A stretch of DNA of 60,139 nt, the filler included, from Candidatus Woesearchaeota archaeon (GTDB taxonomy: Archaea > Nanobdellota > Nanobdellia > Woesearchaeales > GCA-2685855): NCBI GenBank assembly GCA_002685855.1. It is 5 parts of 5 records of this genome, joined end to end, with 100 filler letters (N's around TTAATTAATTAA, not from the genome) between each part and the next. Parts side by side here need not be neighbours in the genome. Positions count along the whole stretch, not along the records: positions 1 to 18,862 come from NYYS01000040.1; 4 more parts are not named here. The stretch is one strand, 5' to 3'. Positions 1 through 9,899 of this stretch are shown one piece after another. Numbering within the stretch: position 1 is the stretch's first letter; each line of letters begins with the position of its first letter. The translations under genes and the position numbers were made by a program. The notes beneath the pieces were generated by a model that worked only from the letters and a program-made list of their open reading frames with translations, was not told the origin of the DNA and ran no database searches.

Positions 1-576
1 CAGACCCCAAAAAGTGTTGAAATTCTTCACAGGCTGGGTAAACATATTGTTTTGATAAGTGGAGATAATAAACGCACAACTAAAGCTATTGCAGAGAAGC
101 TAGACATTCATCAGATCTTTGCAGGCGTTCTTCCCGAAGGAAAAGCAGAGATTGTTCAGAAGCTTCAGAAAGAAGGAAAAACCGTTGCAATGATTGGGGA
201 CGGAATAAATGATGCTCCTGCTCTTGCACAGGCAGATATTGGCATAGTTGTTGGTTCGGGTACAGATGTAGCGATGGAAGCAGGACAGATCGTGTTGATG
301 AAGAACGACCTCAGACATATTATTACTGCAATTGAATTGTCTGCATATACAATGAAGAAGATTAAGCAAAATCTTTTCTGGGCATTTGCATATAATCTTG
401 TTGGAATACCTGTAGCAGCAGGAGTTTTCTATGTATGGACGGGTTGGCTTCTGAATCCTGCGATTGCCGGAGCAGCAATGGCTTTTAGCTCGGTGTCTGT
501 TGTTACAAATGCCTTATTGATGAAACGGTTTAGGCCAAGCATTAGAGAGGAGTATGAACCATTAAAAAAAGCGTAA
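1..576 (+). CDS. copA: Heavy-metal (Cu-type P1B) P-type ATPase, C-terminal part (5' truncated)
   Basis: Frame open from base 1; SGD, GDGINDAPALA, QNLFWAFAYN and AMAFSSVSVV motifs of P1B-1 ATPases. Confidence 0.9.
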   Translation, partial: QTPKSVEILHRLGKHIVLISGDNKRTTKAIAEKLDIHQIFAGVLPEGKAEIVQKLQKEGKTVAMIGDGINDAPALAQADIGIVVGSGTDVAMEAGQIVLMKNDLRHIITAIELSAYTMKKIKQNLFWAFAYNLVGIPVAAGVFYVWTGWLLNPAIAGAAMAFSSVSVVTNALLMKRFRPSIREEYEPLKKA

Positions 577-653
577 AGTGTCCTCCTCAACATCCTCTAA
601 AACAGGAAAAATTGGTGAAAAGCTTTTTATAGGGCGGATCATTCTTATGCCCT

Positions 654-971
654 ATGTTAACTACAACCACAGACTTTATACCAGGATCAAAGATTACAGA
701 AACCCTGGGAATTGTAAAGGGAAATACGATCCGGGCAAAGCACATTGGAAGAGATATTATGGCTGGCCTGAAGCACCTTGTGGGAGGTGAGCTGAAAGGG
801 TATACAGAGATGATTAATGAATCCAGGGAGCAGGCCATACAGAGAATGTGTGATGAAGCGACACAGATGAAGGCTGATGCAGTAATCAATGTGCGCTTTA
901 TCACAGCAGAAGTAATGCAGGGTGCAGCAGAAGTTCTTGCCTATGGAACAGCAGTGAAGCTTTCCAAGTAG
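654..971 (+). CDS. YbjQ/UPF0145 heavy-metal-binding family protein
   Basis: GRDIMAGLKHLVGGELKGY, ADAVINVRF and AYGTAV signature. Confidence 0.9.
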   Translation: MLTTTTDFIPGSKITETLGIVKGNTIRAKHIGRDIMAGLKHLVGGELKGYTEMINESREQAIQRMCDEATQMKADAVINVRFITAEVMQGAAEVLAYGTAVKLSK

Positions 972-973
972 GA

Positions 974-1618
974 CTAGAGCGATCGTACATACTCAGGGGT
1001 AAGCTCTTTGATAGATGAAAGAATTGTTGTTGCCAGAGAGAAGTCGTTATCCGCTGTCAAGGTCGTCGGTATGGCAACACAGTTCATTCCTGCTGCATGG
1101 GCTGCCTGAAAATCCTTTTGTGCATCTCCTACATAGGCTATCTTTGATGGTGCGAGTTTTAGTTTTTCTGCTGCTAACAAAAGAGCTTCAGGATGTGGTT
1201 TTTGATGGGTTACATCGTCTGCTGTCACAACGATTCCATTAAAGTATCTTCTAAATTCTGTCAGTTCTAACACAAGGTCTGCACTACACTGTAAAGAACC
1301 GGTAACAAGACCGAGCGGAAATTGAGCAGATAGAGCTTCCAAACACTCAGGAGCTCCTTCAATGATTGGAATATCTTCTCGCAAGGCCTTAAAATAGAGT
1401 TCGAGTTTTTCATCTCGAACTTCTAGAGGGTCGAGACCATTTGCGTATTCCCGTACATACTCTTTGATGCCTTTTCCCTGGCGCGTCCAGAAGTCGAAGT
1501 AGAACTCCTCTGTAATATGGATTCCATGGTTTGCCAGTGCTTTAATGTAGGTTCTGCAGTGTAGGGGCTCTGTGTCTACTAAAATTCCGTCAAGATCAAA
1601 GAGGACTCCTTCTATCAT
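974..1618 (-). CDS. HAD-superfamily phosphatase (beta-PGM-like)
   Basis: FDLDGILVDTE motif I, KPHPE, VGDAQKD. Confidence 0.9.
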   Translation of the reverse strand: MIEGVLFDLDGILVDTEPLHCRTYIKALANHGIHITEEFYFDFWTRQGKGIKEYVREYANGLDPLEVRDEKLELYFKALREDIPIIEGAPECLEALSAQFPLGLVTGSLQCSADLVLELTEFRRYFNGIVVTADDVTHQKPHPEALLLAAEKLKLAPSKIAYVGDAQKDFQAAHAAGMNCVAIPTTLTADNDFSLATTILSSIKELTPEYVRSL

Positions 1619-1746
1619 GAAACTGGCAATTGTGAGCAGTATAAAAAACTTAGTATAGTAGCTCCTATTGTTAAATAGAATGGAAACCTTTATTAATTAT
1701 AGGAGAAAGACAAGCTTGTGTGCAGGGCTTGACAATGGTATAGAAA

Positions 1747-2700
1747 ATGATATGTTTATTAGCCCTTATTGTGTTTGGAATTCTTGGCATATTTAGTGCA
1801 AGTCATCGTGTTATTGCAAAGGAGGCTTTAGACTGTGTTTTTAGAAGGCTTACCCTGCGAAAGTGCACAACAGGTCTTGATAAGCGGCTAAAAAGCCAGA
1901 TTTCAGGCAGTTTAATGCGGAAGCATCCACGAACAGGAAGGTTTCTTTATGGACATTTTGAGATTATCTCCTGGTTGTTCACCATCTTACTTGTGTGGAG
2001 CCTTATTCAGTCGGGGTTCTCTGTCTACAATTATGCTACCTACGGGAATTGTAATGGTAAAACGAACGGAGAGGATTTCTGCGTCTTTGATCCTGCTGGA
2101 AAGAGCAAATTTTCGGGTGTTGATGCGGTTTATGACGGGCCAGTGATCTATCCAGGAATAGATGATGATCCTACTAAGGGAAGTCCGGATTCACCCATAA
2201 CGATGATTCAGTTTGGCTGTTTCCGGTGCCCATTTACACTAAAGGCGCAGCCTACTGTTGAAAAGGTATTAGCTACCTATGGAGAACATATCTTCTTTGT
2301 GTATAGGGATTTCCCGATCCCAAAGCATGATAACGGCATCCTGTTTTCAGAGGCTGCTGAATGTGCAAAGCTTCAGGGAAGCTATTGGGAGTTTCACAAA
2401 ACCCTCTTTGACAATCAGAAAACACTAGGATTAAACGAATCTGAGGAAACAAATACGCTAGAGCTGATTCGTATTGCACAATTACTAGGTATGGATGCGG
2501 ATGAGTTTGAAGAATGTTTAACAGAGCACCAAACCCATGATGAGGTTGAGAACGACTTCAAAGCAGGTGTGGAAGCAGGAGTCTATGGCACACCCACATT
2601 TTTTATAAATAACCGAACGATTGTGGGTCCGAAAGATTTTGAAACCTTTGAAAAGGTTATTCTTGAAGAACTTGAAAAGAAAGGTGTTTCTGTTGAATAA
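1747..2700 (+). CDS. Membrane-anchored DsbA/thioredoxin-fold protein with atypical CFRCPFT site
   Basis: DDDPTKG, YRDFP, AAECA, GVYGTPTFFIN; two N-terminal hydrophobic segments. Confidence 0.85.
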   Translation: MICLLALIVFGILGIFSASHRVIAKEALDCVFRRLTLRKCTTGLDKRLKSQISGSLMRKHPRTGRFLYGHFEIISWLFTILLVWSLIQSGFSVYNYATYGNCNGKTNGEDFCVFDPAGKSKFSGVDAVYDGPVIYPGIDDDPTKGSPDSPITMIQFGCFRCPFTLKAQPTVEKVLATYGEHIFFVYRDFPIPKHDNGILFSEAAECAKLQGSYWEFHKTLFDNQKTLGLNESEETNTLELIRIAQLLGMDADEFEECLTEHQTHDEVENDFKAGVEAGVYGTPTFFINNRTIVGPKDFETFEKVILEELEKKGVSVE

Positions 2701-2711
2701 AGAGGTGTGGT

Positions 2712-3905
2712 ATGAATAAAAATATTAGAGATGAATTCCCTTTTTTGCAGAAGAAGATCAAAGGTATGGATCCTGTTTATCTTGATAGTGCCTGTATGAG
2801 TCTCCGTCCTCAGCCTGTTATCGATGCTGTTAACAGCTACTATCAGGAGTTTCCAGGCTGCGGCGGCAGGAGTATGCACAAGGTTGGAAGAAGGGTTGAT
2901 GAAGAGGTAATAAAGGCACGTTTATCTATGAAGAAATTCTTAGGAGCCAAATCTGAAAAGGAGATTATCTTTACAAAAAACACTACTGAGGCCATTAATC
3001 TTGTTGCAAATAGTCTTTCTTTGTCGAAGACTGTATTGACTACAGACAAAGAGCACAATTCTAATCTTGTTCCCTGGCAACTGCTTTCAAAGAGGAAAGG
3101 AGTTACCCACAAGATTATTCCTTCTAAAGATGACAATACTTTTGATCTTGAGGCATTTGAGGAGATGATGAGTCCTGATGTTGAGCTTGTCTCTGTTGTG
3201 CACACCTCTAATCTGGACGGTGTAACCTATCCATTAAAGGAGATCTGCAAGATTGCACACGATCATGGTGCATTGGTGATGGCAGATGCTGCACAGAGTG
3301 TTCCCTCAATGGAGTTGGATGTTCGTAAGCTTGATGTTGATCTTTTGGCCTGTTCAGGTCATAAGATGTGCGGTCCTTCTGGGACAGGAATCCTATATGG
3401 AAAGGAGGCAGTACTGGAAAAATTGAGCCCGTTTCTTGTTGGAGGAGATACAGTTCATGAAACAACCTATACTGATCATGAGTTTGATGATCTGCCCGAA
3501 CGGTTTGAAGCAGGCCTTCAGAACTATGCAGGTATTATCGGCCTGGGAGCTGCTGCCTGTTTTTTAGAGGGTGTTGGGAAAAGCAATATTCTTTCGCATG
3601 AACAAAATCTGAATAAACGCATTAGTGCACAGATCGAGGATGATGTGAAGATTATTGGTCCACGTGCAGAGGAACGTTCAGGCATTATCAGTTTTGTTCC
3701 AAAAGGAGATGTTCATCAGGTTGCTCTTTTATTAGATGAAACGAGCAACATCATGGTAAGAAGTGGTGCGCATTGTGTACATAGCTGGTTTAATGCAAGA
3801 AAGATCGATGGAAGTGTTCGTGCAAGCTGTTATCTGTATACTACTGCTGAAGAGGCCGATTTTTTTGCTGAAAAGTTAAAGGAGGTGATACAACTCGTAA
3901 AGTAA
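2712..3905 (+). CDS. sufS: Cysteine desulfurase, SufS/CsdA group II
   Basis: YLDSAC, EHNSN, SGHKMCGP (PLP Lys), RSGAHC; GAGGTG RBS. Confidence 0.85.
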   Translation: MNKNIRDEFPFLQKKIKGMDPVYLDSACMSLRPQPVIDAVNSYYQEFPGCGGRSMHKVGRRVDEEVIKARLSMKKFLGAKSEKEIIFTKNTTEAINLVANSLSLSKTVLTTDKEHNSNLVPWQLLSKRKGVTHKIIPSKDDNTFDLEAFEEMMSPDVELVSVVHTSNLDGVTYPLKEICKIAHDHGALVMADAAQSVPSMELDVRKLDVDLLACSGHKMCGPSGTGILYGKEAVLEKLSPFLVGGDTVHETTYTDHEFDDLPERFEAGLQNYAGIIGLGAAACFLEGVGKSNILSHEQNLNKRISAQIEDDVKIIGPRAEERSGIISFVPKGDVHQVALLLDETSNIMVRSGAHCVHSWFNARKIDGSVRASCYLYTTAEEADFFAEKLKEVIQLVK

Positions 3906-3956
3906 TGACCTATCTGTAAGGGGATGTGTGTGGTACTGAACCTAAGAGGTGGTCAA

Positions 3957-4661
3957 ATGAAGAAAGAAGATATGGTAATTGGAATTGTTGTTTTACAAGC
4001 AGTTTTGCTTTTAGTTCTTTTAGTACAGACGTGGAATATTAAGGGAAATATTGATGAGATTTCTTTGAATGGTGCGGTTGTGAACGAGTTAGCCGGACCA
4101 GGTGAGAGAGTAGCTCAACCCCCTCCTCCAAGCCCAACAGTCGATGTAAGTGTTGATGATGATCCGATGAAAGGGAAGAAGAATGCGCCAGTGACAATTA
4201 TTGAGTTTAGTGATTTTCAGTGCCCGTATTGTAAAAAGGTTTTTTCTGAGACCCTTCCTTTGCTGGAAAAAGAGTATATTGACACAGGAAAGGTGAAGTT
4301 TGTGTATAGGGATTATCCATTGCCCTTTCACCCATTGGCGCAGAAGACTGCTGAGGCTGCTGAATGTGCAGATGAACAGGTAAAGTTCTGGGAATACCAT
4401 GATACGATCTTTGAAAACCAGGATTCATTGAGTGTAGAGAACCTGAAGAGTTGGGCACAGGATCTTGGATTGGATAGTGAAGAGTTTGACCAGTGTCTGG
4501 ATTCAGGAGAGATGGCTTCTGAAGTAAAGAAAGATATGGAAGAAGGCCAGAAATATGGTGTGAGAGGAACTCCAGCATTTTTTATTAATGGAAAGCTGTT
4601 GAGTGGTGCTCAGCCCTATGTTGCATTTCAGAGAGAGATCGAAGCGGCTTTGCAGAACTAG
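3957..4661 (+). CDS. DsbA-family thiol-disulfide oxidoreductase
   Basis: EFSDFQCPYC, GVRGTPAFFING, N-terminal TM; start moved to the ATG after GAGGTG. Confidence 0.9.
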   Translation: MKKEDMVIGIVVLQAVLLLVLLVQTWNIKGNIDEISLNGAVVNELAGPGERVAQPPPPSPTVDVSVDDDPMKGKKNAPVTIIEFSDFQCPYCKKVFSETLPLLEKEYIDTGKVKFVYRDYPLPFHPLAQKTAEAAECADEQVKFWEYHDTIFENQDSLSVENLKSWAQDLGLDSEEFDQCLDSGEMASEVKKDMEEGQKYGVRGTPAFFINGKLLSGAQPYVAFQREIEAALQN

Positions 4662-4662
4662 G

Positions 4663-4701
4663 TTACTCTTCTTTTTTAGAAGGGTTCTTTTTTTTCTTTT
4701 T
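4663..4701. terminator. T-rich stretch between convergent genes (putative archaeal terminator)
   Basis: ctcttcttttttagaagggttctttttttttctttttt. Confidence 0.5.
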
Positions 4702-7401
4702 TTACCAAGTCAGATACCTTTCCACAAAAGAGTTCTTTCTTCTCAGAAGGTAGCGTCTGAGTTCATCACCAAATAAAATGAGTAATGCGAAGGGCACAGA
4801 TAGAGAGAGTTCAAATAAGGATAGAGGTGCAGTTCCGAAAAGCGCTTGAAACGAAGGAAGGTAAAGGATCATGCATAACAGGATAATTTCTACAGCTATT
4901 CCAAGCCAGACCATCTTGTTTTTGAAGAATCCAGTAAATACCGATTGTCTTCGTTTTCTGCAGATGAGTACGTCTGCTATTTGGCAGATGATGATACTTG
5001 CAAAGAATGCGCTGACTGCTTTCAGGTAAAGTGGGTTGTTGAATGCGAGTGGTTGTCCCCAGATCCAGCCGCCTTTGAAAAGGATAAAGAAAAAGGAGAA
5101 GAATCCTGCTGCTGCCTGGATCATGCCCACAAGCCCATAGGATATGCCAAGGAGTTGTTTTGTGAGCAGACGTTCCTTTCTTGATCGCGGTTTTTTCTTC
5201 ATGACATCTGTTTCGGGTTGTTCTGTTCCCAGCCCTATTGCTGGAAGGATGTCTGTTCCGAGATCGATTGAAAGGATAAGAACAACGGTTAAGGGAAGGG
5301 GGATCTGAAGAAGGATGAATGCAAGGAAGGGCAGGATCTCTGGTACGTTGCTAGTGAGGATGTAGGCAATGAACTTTTTGATGTTTTCAAAGATTGTTCT
5401 GCCTTCTTCAACTGCTGAGACAATGGTTGCAAAGTTATCATCCATTAATACCATGTCGCTTGCTTCTCGTGCCACCTCTGTTCCTGAGATGCCCATGGAT
5501 ACTCCCATGTCTGCATTTTTTAATGCAGGGGCATCATTTACTCCGTCCCCTGTTACAGTTACAACTTCGTTCATGGCTTGCAGGGTTTGTACGATTCGAA
5601 GTTTCTGGAGGGGGTTGGTTCGTGCAAAGATTATTTCCTCTTTTTTTAGAATTTCCTGAAGTTCTGCATCTTCCATTTTTTGGAGTTCTTCTCCTTCTAC
5701 GATTGCTGCATGCTTATTCACAAGTCCCACTTTCCGTGCTATAGCCTCTGCTGTGAGACGATGATCTCCTGTTATCATGATAACCTTTATACCTGCTGTT
5801 TTACATTTCTGGAGTGCTTCAGGTATCTCTTTGCGAGGAGGGTCGACCATTCCTGCCAGGCCAATAAAAAGAAATCCTTTTTCGGTAGGCTCGTCTGCTT
5901 TTGTTTCTTTCAGGGCGAATGCAAGAACGCGTTCTCCACGGGATGCCATCTTTGCATAATACTTTTTTATTTGGTTACGATCTTTTTTTGTGAGTTTTTT
6001 CTTCTTTTTTCCTGAGAAATACCCTGTGCACATTTTTAGCACGACTTCAGGTGCACCTTTGAGATAAGAGATCTTTTTTCTGCCGCTTTTGTGGGTAGTA
6101 ATCATTCTTTTTGTCTGTGAGTCAAACGGACATTCGTGGATGCGTTTCTCTTTTTTGATAAGTGTGGAAATTGTTGTGTAGAGTTGGGAAAAGTCAAGAA
6201 GAGCAGTCTCAGTGGGGTCGCCGCTAAATCCCTTTCCTTTAGGATGTTTTCGGGCGTTGTTACAAAGCGTCATTGCCTTTAGAAGAGATTCAAAGCCTTT
6301 TGTTTTTGCAAGATGTTTTTCATAGACATTTTTTTCTTCAAATTCAAGAAAGAGGGTGTTAAGTGCCATTTTGTTCTGTGTCAAGGTTCCTGTCTTGTCT
6401 GTGCATATTACTGTTGTTGATCCTAAGGTTTCTACTGATTCTAGGTTTTTGATAAGTGCCTTTTTTTTAGCCATGCGTTTTGACGCAAGGGAGAGACACA
6501 ATGTTACTGTCGGTAAAAGTCCTTCAGGAACATTTGCAACAATTATTCCTATAGCAAAGATAAGGCTGCCGATCTTGCTGTGGCCTATGATAAGGCTTAT
6601 AACAAAGAAGAGCGCTCCAAGGACAAGAGCGATCGAGGATATTATTTTGATAAAGTGTTTTATCTCTTTTTGCAAGGGGGTTTGTACATCGTGTGTTTCT
6701 TTTGTAAGAGAGACGATCTTTCCCATCTGGGTGTTCATTCCTGTTCCATGCACAAGGGCTGTTCCGTTTCCAGACTGTACAAGTGTTCCTGAAAAGAGCA
6801 TGTTTCTGCTTTCCAGTATATTCTTATGGGTTTGTTCCAGCTTTCGGAGTTGGGGTTCTGATTCTCCTGTGATTACGGAATGGTCTACCTTCATAAGATT
6901 CTGTTCGATGAGACGGGCGTCGGCCGGGATCTTGTCACCTTCTGAGAGAAAGATGATATCTCCAGGAACAAGCTCTTTTGTTGAGATTTCTGTTCGTTTC
7001 TTGTTTCGTAGAACAGATACATTGGCAGGCATCATCTTTTTGAAACTTTCCATGATACGTTCTGATTGGTATTCCTGAATAAATGTAAAGGTTGCATTGA
7101 GGAATACAACGATCACCAAGGCTATTCCGATGTAGATATTTCCTTCGCCCGGTCTGATCGACTCTGCCAGAAAGGCAAGTCCTGCTCCTACTAATAGGAG
7201 AAGTGCAAAGAAGTTTGTGAACTGTTTCAGGTAGCGGAAGATGAGAGGGATATTCTTTTTTGTTTCCAGAATATTAGGTCCATAGTTGGCTATGCGTTTT
7301 TCTGCTTCTTCCTGTCCAAGTCCTTTTTTCGAACTTCCCAGACGTTGATAGAGCTCTGATAGGCTGAGACTATGTTCGTCCCCTTTCCCTACTGCATACA
7401 T
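4702..7401 (-). CDS. Cation-transporting P-type ATPase, P2C (Na+/K+-ATPase-like)
   Basis: TGES, IVANVPEGL, DKTGTLT, KGAPE, GDGVNDAPAL, YILTSNVPEILPF, IDLGTD. Confidence 0.9.
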   Translation of the reverse strand: MYAVGKGDEHSLSLSELYQRLGSSKKGLGQEEAEKRIANYGPNILETKKNIPLIFRYLKQFTNFFALLLLVGAGLAFLAESIRPGEGNIYIGIALVIVVFLNATFTFIQEYQSERIMESFKKMMPANVSVLRNKKRTEISTKELVPGDIIFLSEGDKIPADARLIEQNLMKVDHSVITGESEPQLRKLEQTHKNILESRNMLFSGTLVQSGNGTALVHGTGMNTQMGKIVSLTKETHDVQTPLQKEIKHFIKIISSIALVLGALFFVISLIIGHSKIGSLIFAIGIIVANVPEGLLPTVTLCLSLASKRMAKKKALIKNLESVETLGSTTVICTDKTGTLTQNKMALNTLFLEFEEKNVYEKHLAKTKGFESLLKAMTLCNNARKHPKGKGFSGDPTETALLDFSQLYTTISTLIKKEKRIHECPFDSQTKRMITTHKSGRKKISYLKGAPEVVLKMCTGYFSGKKKKKLTKKDRNQIKKYYAKMASRGERVLAFALKETKADEPTEKGFLFIGLAGMVDPPRKEIPEALQKCKTAGIKVIMITGDHRLTAEAIARKVGLVNKHAAIVEGEELQKMEDAELQEILKKEEIIFARTNPLQKLRIVQTLQAMNEVVTVTGDGVNDAPALKNADMGVSMGISGTEVAREASDMVLMDDNFATIVSAVEEGRTIFENIKKFIAYILTSNVPEILPFLAFILLQIPLPLTVVLILSIDLGTDILPAIGLGTEQPETDVMKKKPRSRKERLLTKQLLGISYGLVGMIQAAAGFFSFFFILFKGGWIWGQPLAFNNPLYLKAVSAFFASIIICQIADVLICRKRRQSVFTGFFKNKMVWLGIAVEIILLCMILYLPSFQALFGTAPLSLFELSLSVPFALLILFGDELRRYLLRRKNSFVERYLTW

Positions 7402-7569
7402 TAGCTATTTTTGATCGTTCTCCTTTTTAAAGTAGATTGTTGGTGGGAGAGAGGAAACAGGTATAAGAGAATTATTTACCATATTGAAAATAACCTGTTT
7501 AAAAATACACTTTTTAATCAAAAAGAAAGATTTAAATAAAAGTAGGACTTGTACTACTTAGGTGAAATC

Positions 7570-7797
7570 ATGCAACTTAGTGTAAAAGATGTGGATGCCT
7601 CTGTATTCAAGGAGTTTAAGGCAGAGTCTGTTAGAGACGGGTTAAAGATAGGAAAGGGTTTAACCCTGGCCATGGAGTTCTGGCTCAGGAATAAGAATCA
7701 AAAAAAGAAGGCAAGCATTCTGGATTTTGAACCAAGCTTGTGGGAGAAGGAAACAGCCAAGGTAAGCGAAAAGCTTGATGATGTGGTGTACGAATAA
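7570..7797 (+). CDS. Putative VapB-type antitoxin (RHH-like)
   Basis: Small protein after GGTGA RBS; stop overlaps PIN gene start (TAATG). Confidence 0.7.
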   Translation: MQLSVKDVDASVFKEFKAESVRDGLKIGKGLTLAMEFWLRNKNQKKKASILDFEPSLWEKETAKVSEKLDDVVYE

Positions 7798-8201
7798 TGG
7801 CTGTTCTGATCGATGCAAGTATCTTCTGTGCATTTGCAAATAGGAGAGATATTCATCATGAAAAGGCAAAAAGGATCCTAGAAGAAATTATCTCAGAGAG
7901 GTACGGAACACCTCTCACAACAGATTATATTGTCGATGAAACACTGACAGTTATTCAAAGAAAAAGCTGTCATGAAGAGGCTGTTCGGTTTGGAAAACAC
8001 CTCTTCAATTCAGAAATTACTGTTCTCCAGTTGTCTCAAGCAATTTTTCAGGAGGCCTGGAAGATCTTTCAGAGGCAGAAAGGATTAAGCTTTACAGATT
8101 GTACCCTTGTAGCGAGTATGGAGAGCTTGGGAATTCAGAAGATCGCTACATTTGATAAAGCATTCAAAAACATCGACAAAATTGAGGCTATAGATTCGTA
8201 G
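7797..8201 (+). CDS. vapC: VapC/PIN-domain ribonuclease toxin
   Basis: VLIDAS, IVDETL, LSFTDC, IATFDKAF acidic PIN motifs. Confidence 0.9.
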   Translation: MAVLIDASIFCAFANRRDIHHEKAKRILEEIISERYGTPLTTDYIVDETLTVIQRKSCHEEAVRFGKHLFNSEITVLQLSQAIFQEAWKIFQRQKGLSFTDCTLVASMESLGIQKIATFDKAFKNIDKIEAIDS

Positions 8202-8250
8202 GCACCCTAAACCCCCAAAAGTTTATATTGCCTTTCACCTTTCGTTTCCT

Positions 8251-8655
8251 ATGAAGAAAGTCATGGTCTTTGGAAGTTTTGATCCGTTGCATAAAGGACA
8301 TAGAAATCTGTTCCAGCAGGCCAAGAAACAGGGAGAATATCTTATTGTTGTAGTTGCCCGTGATGAGACCATCCGTCTTCTCAAAAAGCACGAACCCAGC
8401 CAGCCCGAAGAGGTTCGACGAAAAAGGGTCGAAGAAGTAGCTGAGGTCGATAGCGCTGTTTTGGGAAACCCAGGTGACAAGTATGCCATTATACAGCAGC
8501 ATCGTCCGGACATCATCTGTCTTGGATATGATCAATCATTCTTTGTAGAGAACCTCCAGAAACAGCTAGACAAATTCCAATTGCCTGTAAAAATTGTACG
8601 TCTTCTTCCCCATCACCCGGACAGGTTTAAGAGCAGTAAGTTAAGAAAAGAATAA
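8251..8655 (+). CDS. ribL: Archaeal FAD synthetase / cytidylyltransferase family
   Basis: FGSFDPLHKGH, VVVARD, PDIICLGYDQ, KSSK. Confidence 0.75.
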   Translation: MKKVMVFGSFDPLHKGHRNLFQQAKKQGEYLIVVVARDETIRLLKKHEPSQPEEVRRKRVEEVAEVDSAVLGNPGDKYAIIQQHRPDIICLGYDQSFFVENLQKQLDKFQLPVKIVRLLPHHPDRFKSSKLRKE

Positions 8656-8663
8656 GTATGCAG

Positions 8664-9119
8664 TCATTCTGTTTCATTTGCTAATCTTTCTAACTCTTCT
8701 ATTGTTCGAGAATCGAGTCTCTGGAGTCTCCAAGCATAACGAGCAAGCTTCGCATATCCTTCAATCAGATATTTGATTTTAGTTAGTCCTGTTTCAACTT
8801 CTTTCGTCACAGGAAGACATATTAGCTCACATCGAGCTTCCATTGCCCAGGGCTTTATCTTTTGAAGATACTCTTCTAAGGTTGCCCTATCAGGAGAAGA
8901 AACCGCATCTCCGCAACGCGAAGAGAACTTTTCTAATACATCATCGATAATACCTGAATCTTCATGAAGAGAGGTTAACTCACCTCTTCCCCTAATTTCA
9001 CTTTTCGTTCGTTCATCAAAGCAATAATCAAAAGCATTTTTCTCAATATCTCTCGGAACCTGTTTATAGGGACTTACAGGGGCTTCAACTTTTTGATCGC
9101 GTGCAGCATAAACTTCCAT
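8664..9119 (-). CDS. Hypothetical protein
   Basis: 151-aa ORF filling the gap, co-oriented with the nrd operon. Confidence 0.6.
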   Translation of the reverse strand: MEVYAARDQKVEAPVSPYKQVPRDIEKNAFDYCFDERTKSEIRGRGELTSLHEDSGIIDDVLEKFSSRCGDAVSSPDRATLEEYLQKIKPWAMEARCELICLPVTKEVETGLTKIKYLIEGYAKLARYAWRLQRLDSRTIEELERLANETE

Positions 9120-9138
9120 GAATTCAGGAAAGAGGCTA

Positions 9139-9582
9139 CTACCGTATCTTCTTTATCTCTGCTTTTAACTCCTTCAGATTCTCTATGGTTTTGTAGACAG
9201 AAGCAAAGCGGATGTAGGCCATTTCATCCACTTTTTTCAGGCGTGTGAGAACAACATCTCCTATGAGTTTGGATTTTACAAAGGCAATCTGTTTTTTCTT
9301 GATGCGTTTTTCTATGTCTGTGGCAATCTTGTTCATCTGTTCTTCTGTTACAGGACGTTTTTCACAGGCAATCTGTATTCCTTTGAGTATCTTCTTTTTG
9401 TCAAACGGTTCTTTTCTGCCATCTTTCTTTAATACCGTAATAAAGTCCACTCTTACCTTTTCATAGGTTGTGAAACGCTGTTCGCATTTTTGGCAGGCCC
9501 TTCTTCTTCGATTGATGCCTTCCTGGGTTTCTCGTTTATCGATAACCTTTGATTCAGGGTATTGGCAATAGGGGCACCTCAT
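9139..9582 (-). CDS. nrdR: Transcriptional repressor NrdR
   Basis: CPYC...RRRRACQKC..RFTTYE zinc ribbon, ATP cone, AYIRFASVY. Confidence 0.95.
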   Translation of the reverse strand: MRCPYCQYPESKVIDKRETQEGINRRRRACQKCEQRFTTYEKVRVDFITVLKKDGRKEPFDKKKILKGIQIACEKRPVTEEQMNKIATDIEKRIKKKQIAFVKSKLIGDVVLTRLKKVDEMAYIRFASVYKTIENLKELKAEIKKIR

Positions 9583-9586
9583 TGGT

Positions 9587-9862
9587 TCACCTCAGGACAA
9601 ATGCGACAATGAACTTGTAGAGAAACCAGGCCACAGCTATCCATGTAAGGGTCCAGGCTGCTCCGAATAGCATCATGATTAGGTAGATTCCCAACACCAT
9701 GTCTATCATGCTCATGAAGTCTCCTCTGTAAAACCATCCTTTTCCAAGAAGGTATGCTGCTCCTCCGAGCAATGCACGCCAGCTGTCGAGCAATCCTAGA
9801 TGGGTTCCCACCATTGTTACGAGGACGAAGAGGTCTGCTATGTGAAAGAGCCATACGATCAT
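9587..9862 (-). CDS. Small hypothetical membrane protein
   Basis: Hydrophobic 91-aa ORF within the operon. Confidence 0.65.
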   Translation of the reverse strand: MIVWLFHIADLFVLVTMVGTHLGLLDSWRALLGGAAYLLGKGWFYRGDFMSMIDMVLGIYLIMMLFGAAWTLTWIAVAWFLYKFIVAFVLR

Positions 9863-9899
9863 TTTCTCTGTACCTTTGTGTTAGGAGTGGGTTCATCTT

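Noticed and set aside
7570..8201. vapBC pair as a novel system
   Set aside because: Ordinary co-oriented type II TA module
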